NCBI GenBank assembly: GCA_050953245.1
Contig: JBMNMG010000005.1
Coordinates: 320,575-384,574 of the forward strand
Length of the DNA: 64,000 nucleotides
Reading direction: 5' to 3'
From: Bacteroidales bacterium
GTDB taxonomy: Bacteria > Bacteroidota > Bacteroidia > Bacteroidales > BM520
Part shown: piece after piece, positions 40,122 through 51,007 of the stretch
Layout: each line of letters opens with the position of its first letter
Position numbering within the stretch: position 1 is the first letter of the stretch
Notes under the pieces: model-generated
Database searches by the model: none
What the model saw: only the letters and a program-made list of their open reading frames with translations
What the model was told of the DNA's origin: nothing
Made by a program: the position numbers and the translations under genes

Positions 40122-40808
40122 CTATTTTTCTAAGATAAACTCATACTCCTCGTTATTCTTAAAGTCATCTTTACGGGCATGCAAATAGATGAAATTTTCA
40201 ATATTCCCAAATAAACTTTCAAAGTCAAAAAAACTTTCTAGGCTTTGAATGTAATTGATATCTAAGAACTTGCTATAGTCACTCCAACGATATTTTCTGT
40301 AGTCCATTTCAGGAAAGTGATTTGTGATATTTCTGTTAACATAAATAATGCAGTCACGAAGATAATTTTTGTCGTATATTTCTTTACGCTTATAACTTTT
40401 ACTAAACACGCAGCCTATATAATCATAATTAGTTCTATAGTAATCAGAATAACTTATAAAGGATCTTCGCAAAAGTTCGCTCATAATACGACTTGCAATA
40501 TATTTCCTATGGATTTTGTTATTTTCAGAGGGAGATATGTTTTTTACAAAACATTTTAAATCATTTCTGTCATCATCAACAAGTTTTAGAATCTGACTAA
40601 TACTCTTAGTATTAATTACATAATGGAAATGGTTATCCATTACGGATCCCGTATAGATATGTGCAAATTTACTAATTTGTGTTCTTATATTTGAGTCGAA
40701 AATATTTTTTGCGACATCATCGGGAAATATTGATATACAATTAGTTCCCCTATTGAAAATATGAAAGTCTCTTTCTGGTACCATCAATTGCATATTAGGA
40801 CTAGGCAT
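40122..40808 (-). CDS. REP-associated tyrosine transposase-like protein (IS200/IS605-type Y1 HUH fold)
   Basis: FHIFNRG, MDNHFHYVI (HUH), YVNRNITNH (Tyr helix) and RWSDYSKFL follow the RAYT/Y1_Tnp motif order. A TATTTTTG box lies on the minus strand at 40846-40853. Confidence 0.7.
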   Translation of the reverse strand: MPSPNMQLMVPERDFHIFNRGTNCISIFPDDVAKNIFDSNIRTQISKFAHIYTGSVMDNHFHYVINTKSISQILKLVDDDRNDLKCFVKNISPSENNKIHRKYIASRIMSELLRRSFISYSDYYRTNYDYIGCVFSKSYKRKEIYDKNYLRDCIIYVNRNITNHFPEMDYRKYRWSDYSKFLDINYIQSLESFFDFESLFGNIENFIYLHARKDDFKNNEEYEFILEK

Positions 40809-41051
40809 AATAATAAAGGATTTGTTGATAATTTCATGAATAATACAAAAATAAATTCTCTATTAAAGGTTTTAATACTTAATAGTTTGATATACTGCCA
40901 AGTACTAAAACCTTATGCAAATAAAAATTTTTTAAAAAACTAAATCATTTAATAATTTTAGATTTAATTATGCGTCTTTACTAATAGTCTCCAAAATGAT
41001 GAAAACGTTCCTTTTTTTTGCATTTTTTTTATTAATATTTTTAAAGAATTT

Positions 41052-41281
41052 GGAGATGGCTTCTCCAAATTCTAGGGATGGCTTCCCGAAAATTTAGAGA
41101 TGGCTTCCCGAAACCTCAACAAATATAGTTTGTAATTAGGTGATAATTAGATTGTTGTGTGAAAAATAAAATGGGATGGCTTCTCCAAAATCTAGAGATG
41201 GCTTCCCTGAAACTCAGAGATGGCTTCCCTGAAACTCAGAGATGGCTTCCCTGAAACTCAGAGATGGCTTCCCCAAAATGT
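41052..41281 (+). repeat. right module: 3 + 5 units of the 22-bp-phased repeat
   Basis: Unit starts at 41052, 41074, 41096 and at 41172, 41194, 41216, 41238, 41260. The units at 41194, 41216 and 41238 are identical. Confidence 0.92.
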
Positions 41282-41329
41282 TGTTATTTTTTTGTTATAA
41301 TTAAACATTTTTTAATACATCAATATTAA

Positions 41330-42997
<1,668 letters not shown>

Positions 42998-43283
42998 TTT
43001 ATCTATAATCATAAACAATCAAGATAAGCAAAAGTATAAAGTATAAGTATAAGTATAAATTATTAGAATAAACAAAAGTATAAGCAAAAGCATAAACATA
43101 AGAACTATAAGTTATTGTAAACTTATTTGTTTGATATGTAATTTAATAAAGGGAAAATTAACGAGTTAAAATAACAAGTTATTAATAATAATAAAATAAT
43201 ATGTTATAAATTAAGAATATATAACAAGTATAAAATAATAAGTTATAAAGAAAAAGTAATTAGTTAAAAAGTAAGTTTTTAGT

Positions 43284-45224
43284 ATGGATAGACAAACTAT
43301 TGTAGGTTTAATATTAATATTTTTATTATTGTCCGTTTTTTCTATATGGAGAAATAAAAATATGCCTAAACCGGAACCTGCAACTACCCAAACAGTTTTA
43401 ACAGATAGTATATCTGCAAGCGATACAACACAAACTACATCGTTATTGTCTGATTTAGAATTGGATAATGAAGGGGTAACTTCCGATAGTATTAAAAAGA
43501 TTATTAGGATAGATACTTATGGAGCATTTTCTGAATCTGTAGAAGGTGAAGAAGAGTATTACACTGTAGAAAGCGATATTTTAAAACTTACATTTTCTAA
43601 TTTAGGCGGTAAATTATATTCCGTTGAATTAAAAGAATTTACTACTTTCGATGACCAACCGTTAATATTATTTGAAGGTGATAATAATGAATTTGGATTA
43701 AGCTTTTTTTCAAACAACAGGCTTATCCAAACATCAATGATGTATTTCCAGCCATATAATTTAGACAATAAAATAACTTCTGTAAATAGCGAAGATGGTA
43801 AAGATGTTAGTTTTAGATTATATGCAGCAGATAATGGAGAAGTAGATAATTCTAAATATTTGGAATTTTTATATCATATTCCAAAAAGCGACTATATGAT
43901 AGATTTTTCTGTAAACTATGTTAATATGGAAGATGTTATTGCTTCTAACAATGGGTTTATAGATTTGCTTTGGTCATTAGATTTACGTCAACAAGAAAAA
44001 TTAAAAGATAGTAGATTAAATATATCAAATATCCATTATAAATATTTAGGTGATAAAGACATTTCGCAACTTAAAGTCAAAAAAAATGGTAGCGCAAGTA
44101 ACGATTTATCAGTTAAAACAGAATGGGTGTCTTTTAAACAACAATTTTTCACATCAACGATAATAGCTGATAATGAAGAAGGTTTTTTATCAGGAGCAAT
44201 AAATGCTGAAGTTGATCCAACAAAAAATAGTACTGTAGATAGATATCTTAAAACAATGACTGCCAGGTTAACTTTGCCTTATTATGGCCAATCCGAGTCA
44301 GAAAGTTTTGATATGCGAATGTACTTTGGTCCTACTAAATTTAAAGAATTAAAAAAATACAAAATCGGTTTAGAAGATCAAATTATTTTGGGTAAATTCT
44401 TTTTAGTAAAATGGATTAACAAATACGTAGTAATTGCAGTTTTTAACTTCCTAGATAATTTTAATTGGAGTTATGGAATAATAATATTGGTTCTTACAAT
44501 ATTATTAAAAATTGTACTATTTCCTGTTACGTATAAATCTTACTTAAATGGTGCGAGAACTAGGGCATTAAAGCCGGAAATGGATGCTATTAATAAAAAA
44601 TATCCTAATAGCGAAGATGCTATGGCTAAGCAGCAGGAAATAATGGCTCTGTATAAAAAGTTCGGTGTAAATCCAATGTCGGGATGTTTACCTATGTTGT
44701 TACAGTTCCCGATATTAATTGCAATGTTTAGGTTTTTCCCAGTATCTTTTGAATTGCGTCAACAACCATTTTTATGGGCAGATGATTTGTCGTCTTACGA
44801 TTCAATTTTAGATTTGCCTTTTAATATACCGTTTTATGGGGATCATATTAGTTTGTTTGCATTATTAATGGCAGCATCCACTATTATATATACCATGATA
44901 AACAATAAAAATATGGGACAACAATCTCAGCCCGGCATTAAGTTTATGACATATGCAATGCCAATATTGTTCTTAGGTATATTTAATAATTATTCGTCCG
45001 GATTAAGCTATTACTACTTGTTAGTTAACCTAATAAGTTTCTTGCAAATGTTTATAATAAGTAAAATAAAACCACAAGAAAAACTTAGAGAAGAACTATT
45101 ATTAAAAGCAGAAGAGATAAAAACTAAGAAGAAAAAGAAATCTAAATGGCAACATAAGTTGGAAGAAATGCAGAGAATGCAACAACAACAAGCAAGAGAA
45201 AATGCAAAACGTCGCAAATATTAG
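43284..45224 (+). CDS. yidC: membrane protein insertase YidC (long Bacteroidota form)
   Basis: N-terminal TM, large periplasmic domain, conserved C-terminal core (GCLPMLLQFPILIAMF) and a Lys-rich tail. Confidence 0.9.
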   Translation: MDRQTIVGLILIFLLLSVFSIWRNKNMPKPEPATTQTVLTDSISASDTTQTTSLLSDLELDNEGVTSDSIKKIIRIDTYGAFSESVEGEEEYYTVESDILKLTFSNLGGKLYSVELKEFTTFDDQPLILFEGDNNEFGLSFFSNNRLIQTSMMYFQPYNLDNKITSVNSEDGKDVSFRLYAADNGEVDNSKYLEFLYHIPKSDYMIDFSVNYVNMEDVIASNNGFIDLLWSLDLRQQEKLKDSRLNISNIHYKYLGDKDISQLKVKKNGSASNDLSVKTEWVSFKQQFFTSTIIADNEEGFLSGAINAEVDPTKNSTVDRYLKTMTARLTLPYYGQSESESFDMRMYFGPTKFKELKKYKIGLEDQIILGKFFLVKWINKYVVIAVFNFLDNFNWSYGIIILVLTILLKIVLFPVTYKSYLNGARTRALKPEMDAINKKYPNSEDAMAKQQEIMALYKKFGVNPMSGCLPMLLQFPILIAMFRFFPVSFELRQQPFLWADDLSSYDSILDLPFNIPFYGDHISLFALLMAASTIIYTMINNKNMGQQSQPGIKFMTYAMPILFLGIFNNYSSGLSYYYLLVNLISFLQMFIISKIKPQEKLREELLLKAEEIKTKKKKKSKWQHKLEEMQRMQQQQARENAKRRKY

Positions 45225-45330
45225 TCGCAAATATTAGATATTTATTAGAGATGTGGCGATACAATGCAAGATAGAGTAAATGATACAAGAAAGTGTAAAT
45301 GACATTTTATATTAAATAAAGAGATAAGTT

Positions 45331-45404
45331 CGGGGTGTGGCGCAGTTGGTTAGCGTGCTTGACTGGGGGTCAAGAGGTCGTGAGTTCGAGTCTCACCACT
45401 CCGA
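45331..45404 (+). tRNA. tRNA-Pro (anticodon GGG)
   Basis: Hand-folded cloverleaf. Acceptor CGGGGTG/CACTCCG, anticodon stem CTTGA/TCAAG with loop CTGGGGG, T-arm GTGAG-TTCGAGT-CTCAC. 74 nt, no encoded CCA. Confidence 0.9.
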
Positions 45405-45410
45405 CTTTTT

Positions 45411-46667
45411 TTAATCGAATTCGGAAGGACGAACTAATTTGTAAACTTTGTCAGCTTTTCGTAAAAAAACAGGAAATTTTATTGAGCAGTTTATTCCTTT
45501 CACTGCAGTTTGAACTTCTTCATCGTTTTGGTATATTTGTGTGACTGTCATGGTTTCTACACCTGTTGTAGGGCCAATAATCATTATTTCGTCACCTACA
45601 GATAAGTTGTCCGTATCTAAAGCAATTTCAGCAACTTTAACTTTAGAAAAGTAGTTAGTTATAGTGCCTATTAATTTTTTGACTTTTGTTGCTCTGTTGC
45701 CGTACATTTCTGTCCATTCTATTAGGTTTCTCCCTAAGTAATAGCCATTTGTAAAACCTCTGTTGTAAACAGTTTCCAATTCTTTATTCCACTTATCAAT
45801 ATTCTCTTGTGTAAAGTTATTGTTAAAGTAGGCATCTACTGCATCTTTATAACATTTTGTTACGGTTTTTACATAGTCTGCTCCTCTTCCTCTTCCTTCA
45901 ATTTTTAAGACAGTTACTCCTGCTTCTAAAATTTGATCTAAAAAATGGATAGTTTTTAAGTCTTTAGGAGACATAATATACTCGTTATCAATTTCTAATT
46001 CAACTTCTCTATCTTTGTCTAATACAGTGTATTGTCTTCTGCATATTTGATAGCAACTACCTCTGTTTGCAGATGCATCGGCACCGTGTGTGTCTAAACT
46101 GAGATAACATTTTCCGGAGATCGACATACATAATGCTCCATGAACAAACACTTCTATTTGAAGTAAATTACCGCTTGGACCGCAAATATTGTTTTTTTTG
46201 ATTTGGTCTGATATGTATTTTATTTGCTTTAAGTTTAATTCGCGTGCTAAAACAATTACATCGGCAAATTGAGCATAAAATTTTACTGCTTCAAAATTGC
46301 ATATATTGCATTGTGTTGAGATGTGAACTTCTACACCCAGCCTATTAGCTATTTTTATTACGGAAATATCAGTTGCGATTATTGCGGAAATATCATTTTC
46401 TTTAGCTGCTTTTATTATAGTTTCTACTTCCTCTATTTCATTATCATATACTACTATATTTAGAGCAAGATAAGTTTTAACATTATTTTTTTTACAGATT
46501 TCACTTATTTTACTTAAATCATCCAATGTGAAGTTATGAGATGAAGATCTGGATCTCATGTTCAACTTATCTATTCCAAAGTAAACTGAGCCTGCTTTTG
46601 CTTGTATTGCTGCTGCTAATGCTTCCCAAGAGCCAACAGGCGACATTATTTCTATTTTGTTTTCCAT
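45411..46667 (-). CDS. U32-family peptidase
   Basis: MENKIEIMSPVGSWEALAAAIQAKAGSVYFG and the E..VHGALCMSISGKCYLS motif are typical of peptidase U32. Confidence 0.85.
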   Translation of the reverse strand: MENKIEIMSPVGSWEALAAAIQAKAGSVYFGIDKLNMRSRSSSHNFTLDDLSKISEICKKNNVKTYLALNIVVYDNEIEEVETIIKAAKENDISAIIATDISVIKIANRLGVEVHISTQCNICNFEAVKFYAQFADVIVLARELNLKQIKYISDQIKKNNICGPSGNLLQIEVFVHGALCMSISGKCYLSLDTHGADASANRGSCYQICRRQYTVLDKDREVELEIDNEYIMSPKDLKTIHFLDQILEAGVTVLKIEGRGRGADYVKTVTKCYKDAVDAYFNNNFTQENIDKWNKELETVYNRGFTNGYYLGRNLIEWTEMYGNRATKVKKLIGTITNYFSKVKVAEIALDTDNLSVGDEIMIIGPTTGVETMTVTQIYQNDEEVQTAVKGINCSIKFPVFLRKADKVYKLVRPSEFD

Positions 46668-46697
46668 TCTAATTTTTGTTAATCAATTCTCTAAGAA

Positions 46698-47351
46698 TTA
46701 CAAATCAAAGAAACTTAATATATCTTCAACTTTTTCTATTGTTTTAGAAGCACCACTATTTATCAAATTTTCTTTGGATCTATAACCCCATAAAACGCCA
46801 ACAGGTGTTATACCCGCATTATTGCCGGTTATCATATCAACATCAGAATCTCCAAAGTAAATTATTTCAGATTTATCTACTTTAGTATGTTCTATAATTT
46901 TTTCTATCATTGTTGGATTTGGTTTTGTAGGAATATCTTTAGATTCACCCATCAAGATAGAAAAATTAATTTGAGGGAAAAAATGATTCATCAATTCATC
47001 TACACCAGCTTGAAACTTATTAGATGCTACTGCAATTAAGATATTGTTTTCTTGTAAAGTTTCCAAGACCTTAGTAATTCCCTCGTAAGGGAAAGTCTCT
47101 ACTAAAATATTGTCTTTATAAAAAACAAAAAATTCTTCTTTTAATTTTTGTATATATTCGTGTTCCTTATATTCATCAGGTAAAGCCCTTTGGATTAATT
47201 TATAAGCACCACCACCTAATTTTAAATTGTAATCTTCAATAGGGAAAGTTGGATGGTTATGTTTTTGCATAATATGATTACATGCATAACCTAAACCTCC
47301 AACAGTATTTAGTAGGGTGCCATCCAAATCAAAAATACTTAATTTATACAT
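46698..47351 (-). CDS. HAD-superfamily hydrolase (phosphoglycolate phosphatase-like)
   Basis: DLDGTLLNT motif I, SNK motif II and GDSDVD motif IV. Confidence 0.8.
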   Translation of the reverse strand: MYKLSIFDLDGTLLNTVGGLGYACNHIMQKHNHPTFPIEDYNLKLGGGAYKLIQRALPDEYKEHEYIQKLKEEFFVFYKDNILVETFPYEGITKVLETLQENNILIAVASNKFQAGVDELMNHFFPQINFSILMGESKDIPTKPNPTMIEKIIEHTKVDKSEIIYFGDSDVDMITGNNAGITPVGVLWGYRSKENLINSGASKTIEKVEDILSFFDL

Positions 47352-47377
47352 ATCGCATTATATTATTTTATATCCTA

Positions 47378-48586
47378 TTATATTCTTTCGATATCAATTT
47401 TTTTATACACTTGGATCCATCTGTCAGGCAATTCATTATTGCAAGCAGTTAAATAATCTTTATACGAGCACGATACTAAGTAACAATTGTTAAATTTCTT
47501 TTTTAATATATCAGGGCATTCAACTTCCATCCACCATCTTGATGTAAGTCTGCTTTTATAGAAAACAATATCATTTTCAAATAAACTGGAATTTACGTGA
47601 TATTTAATAAAATGATCACTTTTATATGGAGATTCTTTCGTTCTATTATCAAAACCTTCTAAGAAGTACCACATCATTTGTGCAATTAATTTAGCAGTTA
47701 TAAAGTTTTTGTCTTTAAGAGGGTTATATTCATAAATACCTAACGAAGAAACTCTATCGCTACTTCCTGTAAATCTACAAAGTTTGCAAACTTCGTTGCC
47801 TGTAAAACCATTCGGTGAAAGCTTAAAACTTCCTGGAGAATCGGATGCTTTAATACAAGATACATCAAAATTGACAATATCGCTATTTCTGATAGAAGGT
47901 TCTACTTCATCCATATTTTCTTGGGCAATTCCTAATCTGAAAGTATCAAAAAACATGGAATCAAAAACTTTTAATATTTTGTTATTATTAAAATACGTTT
48001 GATAACCTATATTTGTAATGTTGAATAAAAAGTTAGGTTTTTTTAAGATAATATTATTTATGTAAGAATCGGAAGAACAATTATCCTTTTCGTTAATATC
48101 GATAGTAGAATCTATAAAAGTTATATTTATCAACTTATTAAGACTTTCGTATGCCAAATAATTGGCATAGGCAATGTCGTTGCTTCCACCTAAAATAATT
48201 ACAAAAATATTATTTGAAATAAAATAATCTACTACAGTTTTTAAAGCAAAGTAAGAATCTTTTACAGTTTCTCCACATTTAATATTGCCAACATCTATTA
48301 TTTTTAATTTAGGAAAATGATTATATAACTTATAAAACTCATTTCTAATATAATCTGCGGCTTTATTTAATTTTTCCCTAACAGGATTTTTTGCTTTAGA
48401 GAAATTAAATTTACTTAAACCTCTATACTCTGAAATACCTACAATAGCAATATCTGCAGATTCGCATTTAGGAAATTCATTTTCTTTAGAGTATATATTA
48501 ATACTACTACCTAAAGTTTCTTTTTTAAACTTAACAAAACTGTTTAAATCTATCGGACTTAAATAATCTTGTATTTCTTTTTTCAT
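47378..48586 (-). CDS. arginase/formiminoglutamase-fold protein with degenerate metal-ligand motifs and a C-terminal extension
   Basis: Motif order by eye: IAIVGISEYRG, LGGSNDIAYA, ITFIDSTIDIN, FDVSCIKASDSPG, IYEYNP. 4-nt overlap with topA. Confidence 0.5.
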   Translation of the reverse strand: MKKEIQDYLSPIDLNSFVKFKKETLGSSINIYSKENEFPKCESADIAIVGISEYRGLSKFNFSKAKNPVREKLNKAADYIRNEFYKLYNHFPKLKIIDVGNIKCGETVKDSYFALKTVVDYFISNNIFVIILGGSNDIAYANYLAYESLNKLINITFIDSTIDINEKDNCSSDSYINNIILKKPNFLFNITNIGYQTYFNNNKILKVFDSMFFDTFRLGIAQENMDEVEPSIRNSDIVNFDVSCIKASDSPGSFKLSPNGFTGNEVCKLCRFTGSSDRVSSLGIYEYNPLKDKNFITAKLIAQMMWYFLEGFDNRTKESPYKSDHFIKYHVNSSLFENDIVFYKSRLTSRWWMEVECPDILKKKFNNCYLVSCSYKDYLTACNNELPDRWIQVYKKIDIERI

Positions 48587-50895
48587 TTTTTCTTCTTTTT
48601 GCTTTGAGCCTTATTAATAATATCTAAACAATCTTCTTTAGAAAGTTTTTCAGGGTCCATACTTTTTGGAATTTTATAATTCTTTTTCATGTAAGCAATA
48701 TAAGGACCATACCTTCCATTTAAGACTTTCATCTCGTTATCATCACATGTAAAAGTATTTATCATATTGGCTTTATCGGCTTTATTCTTTTCTTTAATAA
48801 TATTGATTGCTTGATCTTCTGTTACTTCCAAAGGTTCTAATTCTTCCGGAATAGAATAGAATTTATTGTTATGACGTATGTATGGTCCATACTTTCCTAA
48901 TCCAACAATTAACTCTTTATCTTCAAAGTTTCCAATTTTTTTAGGAAATTTAAACAACTCCATCACTTCTTCAAAAGTAACGGTATCTAATTTCATATCT
49001 TTAGTCAAACCTGCAAATCGAGGTTTTTCTTCATCGTCAGCTTCACCAATTTGAGCCATTAATCCATATCTGCCTAATTTTACATATACATTTTTTTCGG
49101 ATTTGGGATCAACGCCTAACAATCGTTCACCTCTTACTTTTTCTGAATTTTCATCAGCTTTAACAACTTCTTTATGAAACGGCTCGTAAAAATCACTAAT
49201 CATATCTTGCCATTTTAATTTGCCTTTAGCAATTTCATCAAATTGCTTTTCTATTTCGGCAGTGAAGTTGTAATTTAAAATATCACTAAAGTTAGTATTT
49301 AAAAAGGTATTTACAACTGTTCCTATATCTGTTGGAGCTAATCTATTATTAACAGCACCTTGTTTTTCAGTGTAAGTTGATTCTGAGATTTTTCCTGATT
49401 TATAAATTATTTGCTTTAATGTGACCTTTTCTCCTGATAACTTTATCTTTTCTACATATTCTCTTTTTTGTATAGTAGAAATTGTTGGTGCATAAGTAGA
49501 TGGCCTCCCAATCCCTAATTCTTCCATCTTTTTTACTAAGCTGGCTTCAGAATATCTATATGGAGGGTTCGTGGTTTTCTCCAAAGCTTCAAGTTGTTGC
49601 ATAAACAACTCTTGATTTTTCTTTAGGTTAACATTAATAATTGAACTTTCTTCTTCTACTTCATCATCCTTAGATTCATTATAAACTTTTAAAAAGCCAT
49701 CAAATAATAAAACTTCACCTTTAGCAATAAAATGTTTTTTATCTTCCTTATCGGAATATATGTTTATAGTAGTATTTTCTACTTTTGCGCTACTCATTTG
49801 TGAAGCTATAGTACGTTTCCAAATTAATGAATATAACTTTTGTTCCTGAGTATCTCCATCAATTTCATGATTACTAATATAAGTAGGTCTGATAGCTTCG
49901 TGTGCTTCCTGTGCACCTTTAATTTTAGTAGTATAGTTTCGAGGACTGGAATATTCTTTTCCGTAAACTTTTTCTATCTCTGCTTTCGCTGTAGATAAAG
50001 CTAATTTAGATAAGTTGACGGAGTCTGTTCTCATATAAGTAATTTTCCCTGATTCATACAACTGTTGAGCAACCTTCATAGTTTTATTCACAGAAAAACC
50101 TAATTTTCTTGAAGCTTCTTGTTGAAGTGATGATGTTGTAAAAGGTGGAGGAGGATTTTTAGATACTGATTTTTTTTCTATATCCGTAACCTTAAAGGTT
50201 CCATCTTTTATTTTATTAATAAAATCAATAACTTCTTTAGAAGATTTTAATCTAGTAGATAACTCAGCTTTTACAGAATCGTTTTTACCTCCTTTTTCAT
50301 TTGGAGAAAATAATGCAGTAACTCTATAATATACTTCCGATTTAAAATTTTTAATTTCTTCTTCCTTCTCTACTATAAGCTTTACAGCAACAGATTGAAC
50401 TCTACCGGCCGATAACGCAGGTTTTACCTTTTTCCACAAAATAGGAGATACTTCAAAACCTACTAATCTATCTAAAACTCTTCTTGCTTGTTGCGCATTT
50501 ACTAAGTTTTTATCTAAGTCTCTCGGATTTTCAATAGCGTTTAAGATAGCATCTTTAGTAATCTCATTAAAAACAATACGCTTAGTTTTGTCTTTATCTA
50601 ATTCTAAAGTTTCAAATAAATGCCAAGAAATAGCTTCTCCCTCACGGTCCTCATCAGAAGCTAACCAAACTATATCTGCTTCTTTTGCAAGCTTAGATAA
50701 TTCGTTTACAACTTTCTTTTTATCTGAACTTACTTCGTACAAAGGAACAAATCCACCTTCAATATCTACACCTAATCCTTTTTTTAACAAATCTCTAACA
50801 TGACCATAACTGGATTTAACAATAAAGTTGTCTCCTAAAAATTTTTCTATAGTTTTTGCCTTCGCCGGAGATTCTACAATAACTAAATTCTTCAC
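48583..50895 (-). CDS. topA: DNA topoisomerase I
   Basis: MKNLVIVESPAKAKTIEKFLG (Toprim), ITYMRTDS (active-site Tyr) and C-terminal GRYGPYI repeats. Confidence 0.95.
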   Translation of the reverse strand: MKNLVIVESPAKAKTIEKFLGDNFIVKSSYGHVRDLLKKGLGVDIEGGFVPLYEVSSDKKKVVNELSKLAKEADIVWLASDEDREGEAISWHLFETLELDKDKTKRIVFNEITKDAILNAIENPRDLDKNLVNAQQARRVLDRLVGFEVSPILWKKVKPALSAGRVQSVAVKLIVEKEEEIKNFKSEVYYRVTALFSPNEKGGKNDSVKAELSTRLKSSKEVIDFINKIKDGTFKVTDIEKKSVSKNPPPPFTTSSLQQEASRKLGFSVNKTMKVAQQLYESGKITYMRTDSVNLSKLALSTAKAEIEKVYGKEYSSPRNYTTKIKGAQEAHEAIRPTYISNHEIDGDTQEQKLYSLIWKRTIASQMSSAKVENTTINIYSDKEDKKHFIAKGEVLLFDGFLKVYNESKDDEVEEESSIINVNLKKNQELFMQQLEALEKTTNPPYRYSEASLVKKMEELGIGRPSTYAPTISTIQKREYVEKIKLSGEKVTLKQIIYKSGKISESTYTEKQGAVNNRLAPTDIGTVVNTFLNTNFSDILNYNFTAEIEKQFDEIAKGKLKWQDMISDFYEPFHKEVVKADENSEKVRGERLLGVDPKSEKNVYVKLGRYGLMAQIGEADDEEKPRFAGLTKDMKLDTVTFEEVMELFKFPKKIGNFEDKELIVGLGKYGPYIRHNNKFYSIPEELEPLEVTEDQAINIIKEKNKADKANMINTFTCDDNEMKVLNGRYGPYIAYMKKNYKIPKSMDPEKLSKEDCLDIINKAQSKKKKK

Positions 50896-50984
50896 TTTTA
50901 CTATTTTTTTTTAATAATTTTATTATAGTTGTATTAATTATACAAATATTTTGGCAAAGTAAAGCAATTTTTTTCGAATTTATT

Positions 50985-50992
50985 TAATTTTG
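50985..50992 (+). promoter_or_regulatory. -7 box TAATTTTG upstream of miaB
   Basis: TAnnTTTG match 16 nt before the ATG at 51008. The tracked ORF starts at a TTG inside this box. Confidence 0.45.
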
Positions 50993-51007
50993 CATAAAAA
51001 TAAAAAA

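Larger units (their letters stand above)
39798..41281 (-). mobile_element. RAYT-like gene plus both flanking repeat modules (putative domesticated or mobile unit)
   Basis: HUH gene bracketed by two homologous, directly oriented repeat modules between the C10 peptidase gene and pyrG. Confidence 0.5.

Noticed and set aside
39798-41281. The 22-bp periodic arrays considered as a CRISPR-like array
   Set aside because: The period is 22 bp, with a 13-nt core plus only 9 variable nt. That is far shorter than any repeat-spacer unit. Several 'spacers' are identical, and no cas genes are present.
42998-43283. AT-rich pyrG-yidC spacer with GTATAA x4 and recurring AAGTATAAGCAAAAG words
   Set aside because: This is low-complexity microsatellite-like sequence in an AT-rich genome. 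There is no stem-loop, ORF or phased structure. It is noted but not considered functional evidence.
45335-45544. 69-aa ORF on the + strand
   Set aside because: It overlaps the tRNA-Pro gene and the 3' end of the U32 peptidase gene on the opposite strand, so it is an artefact.
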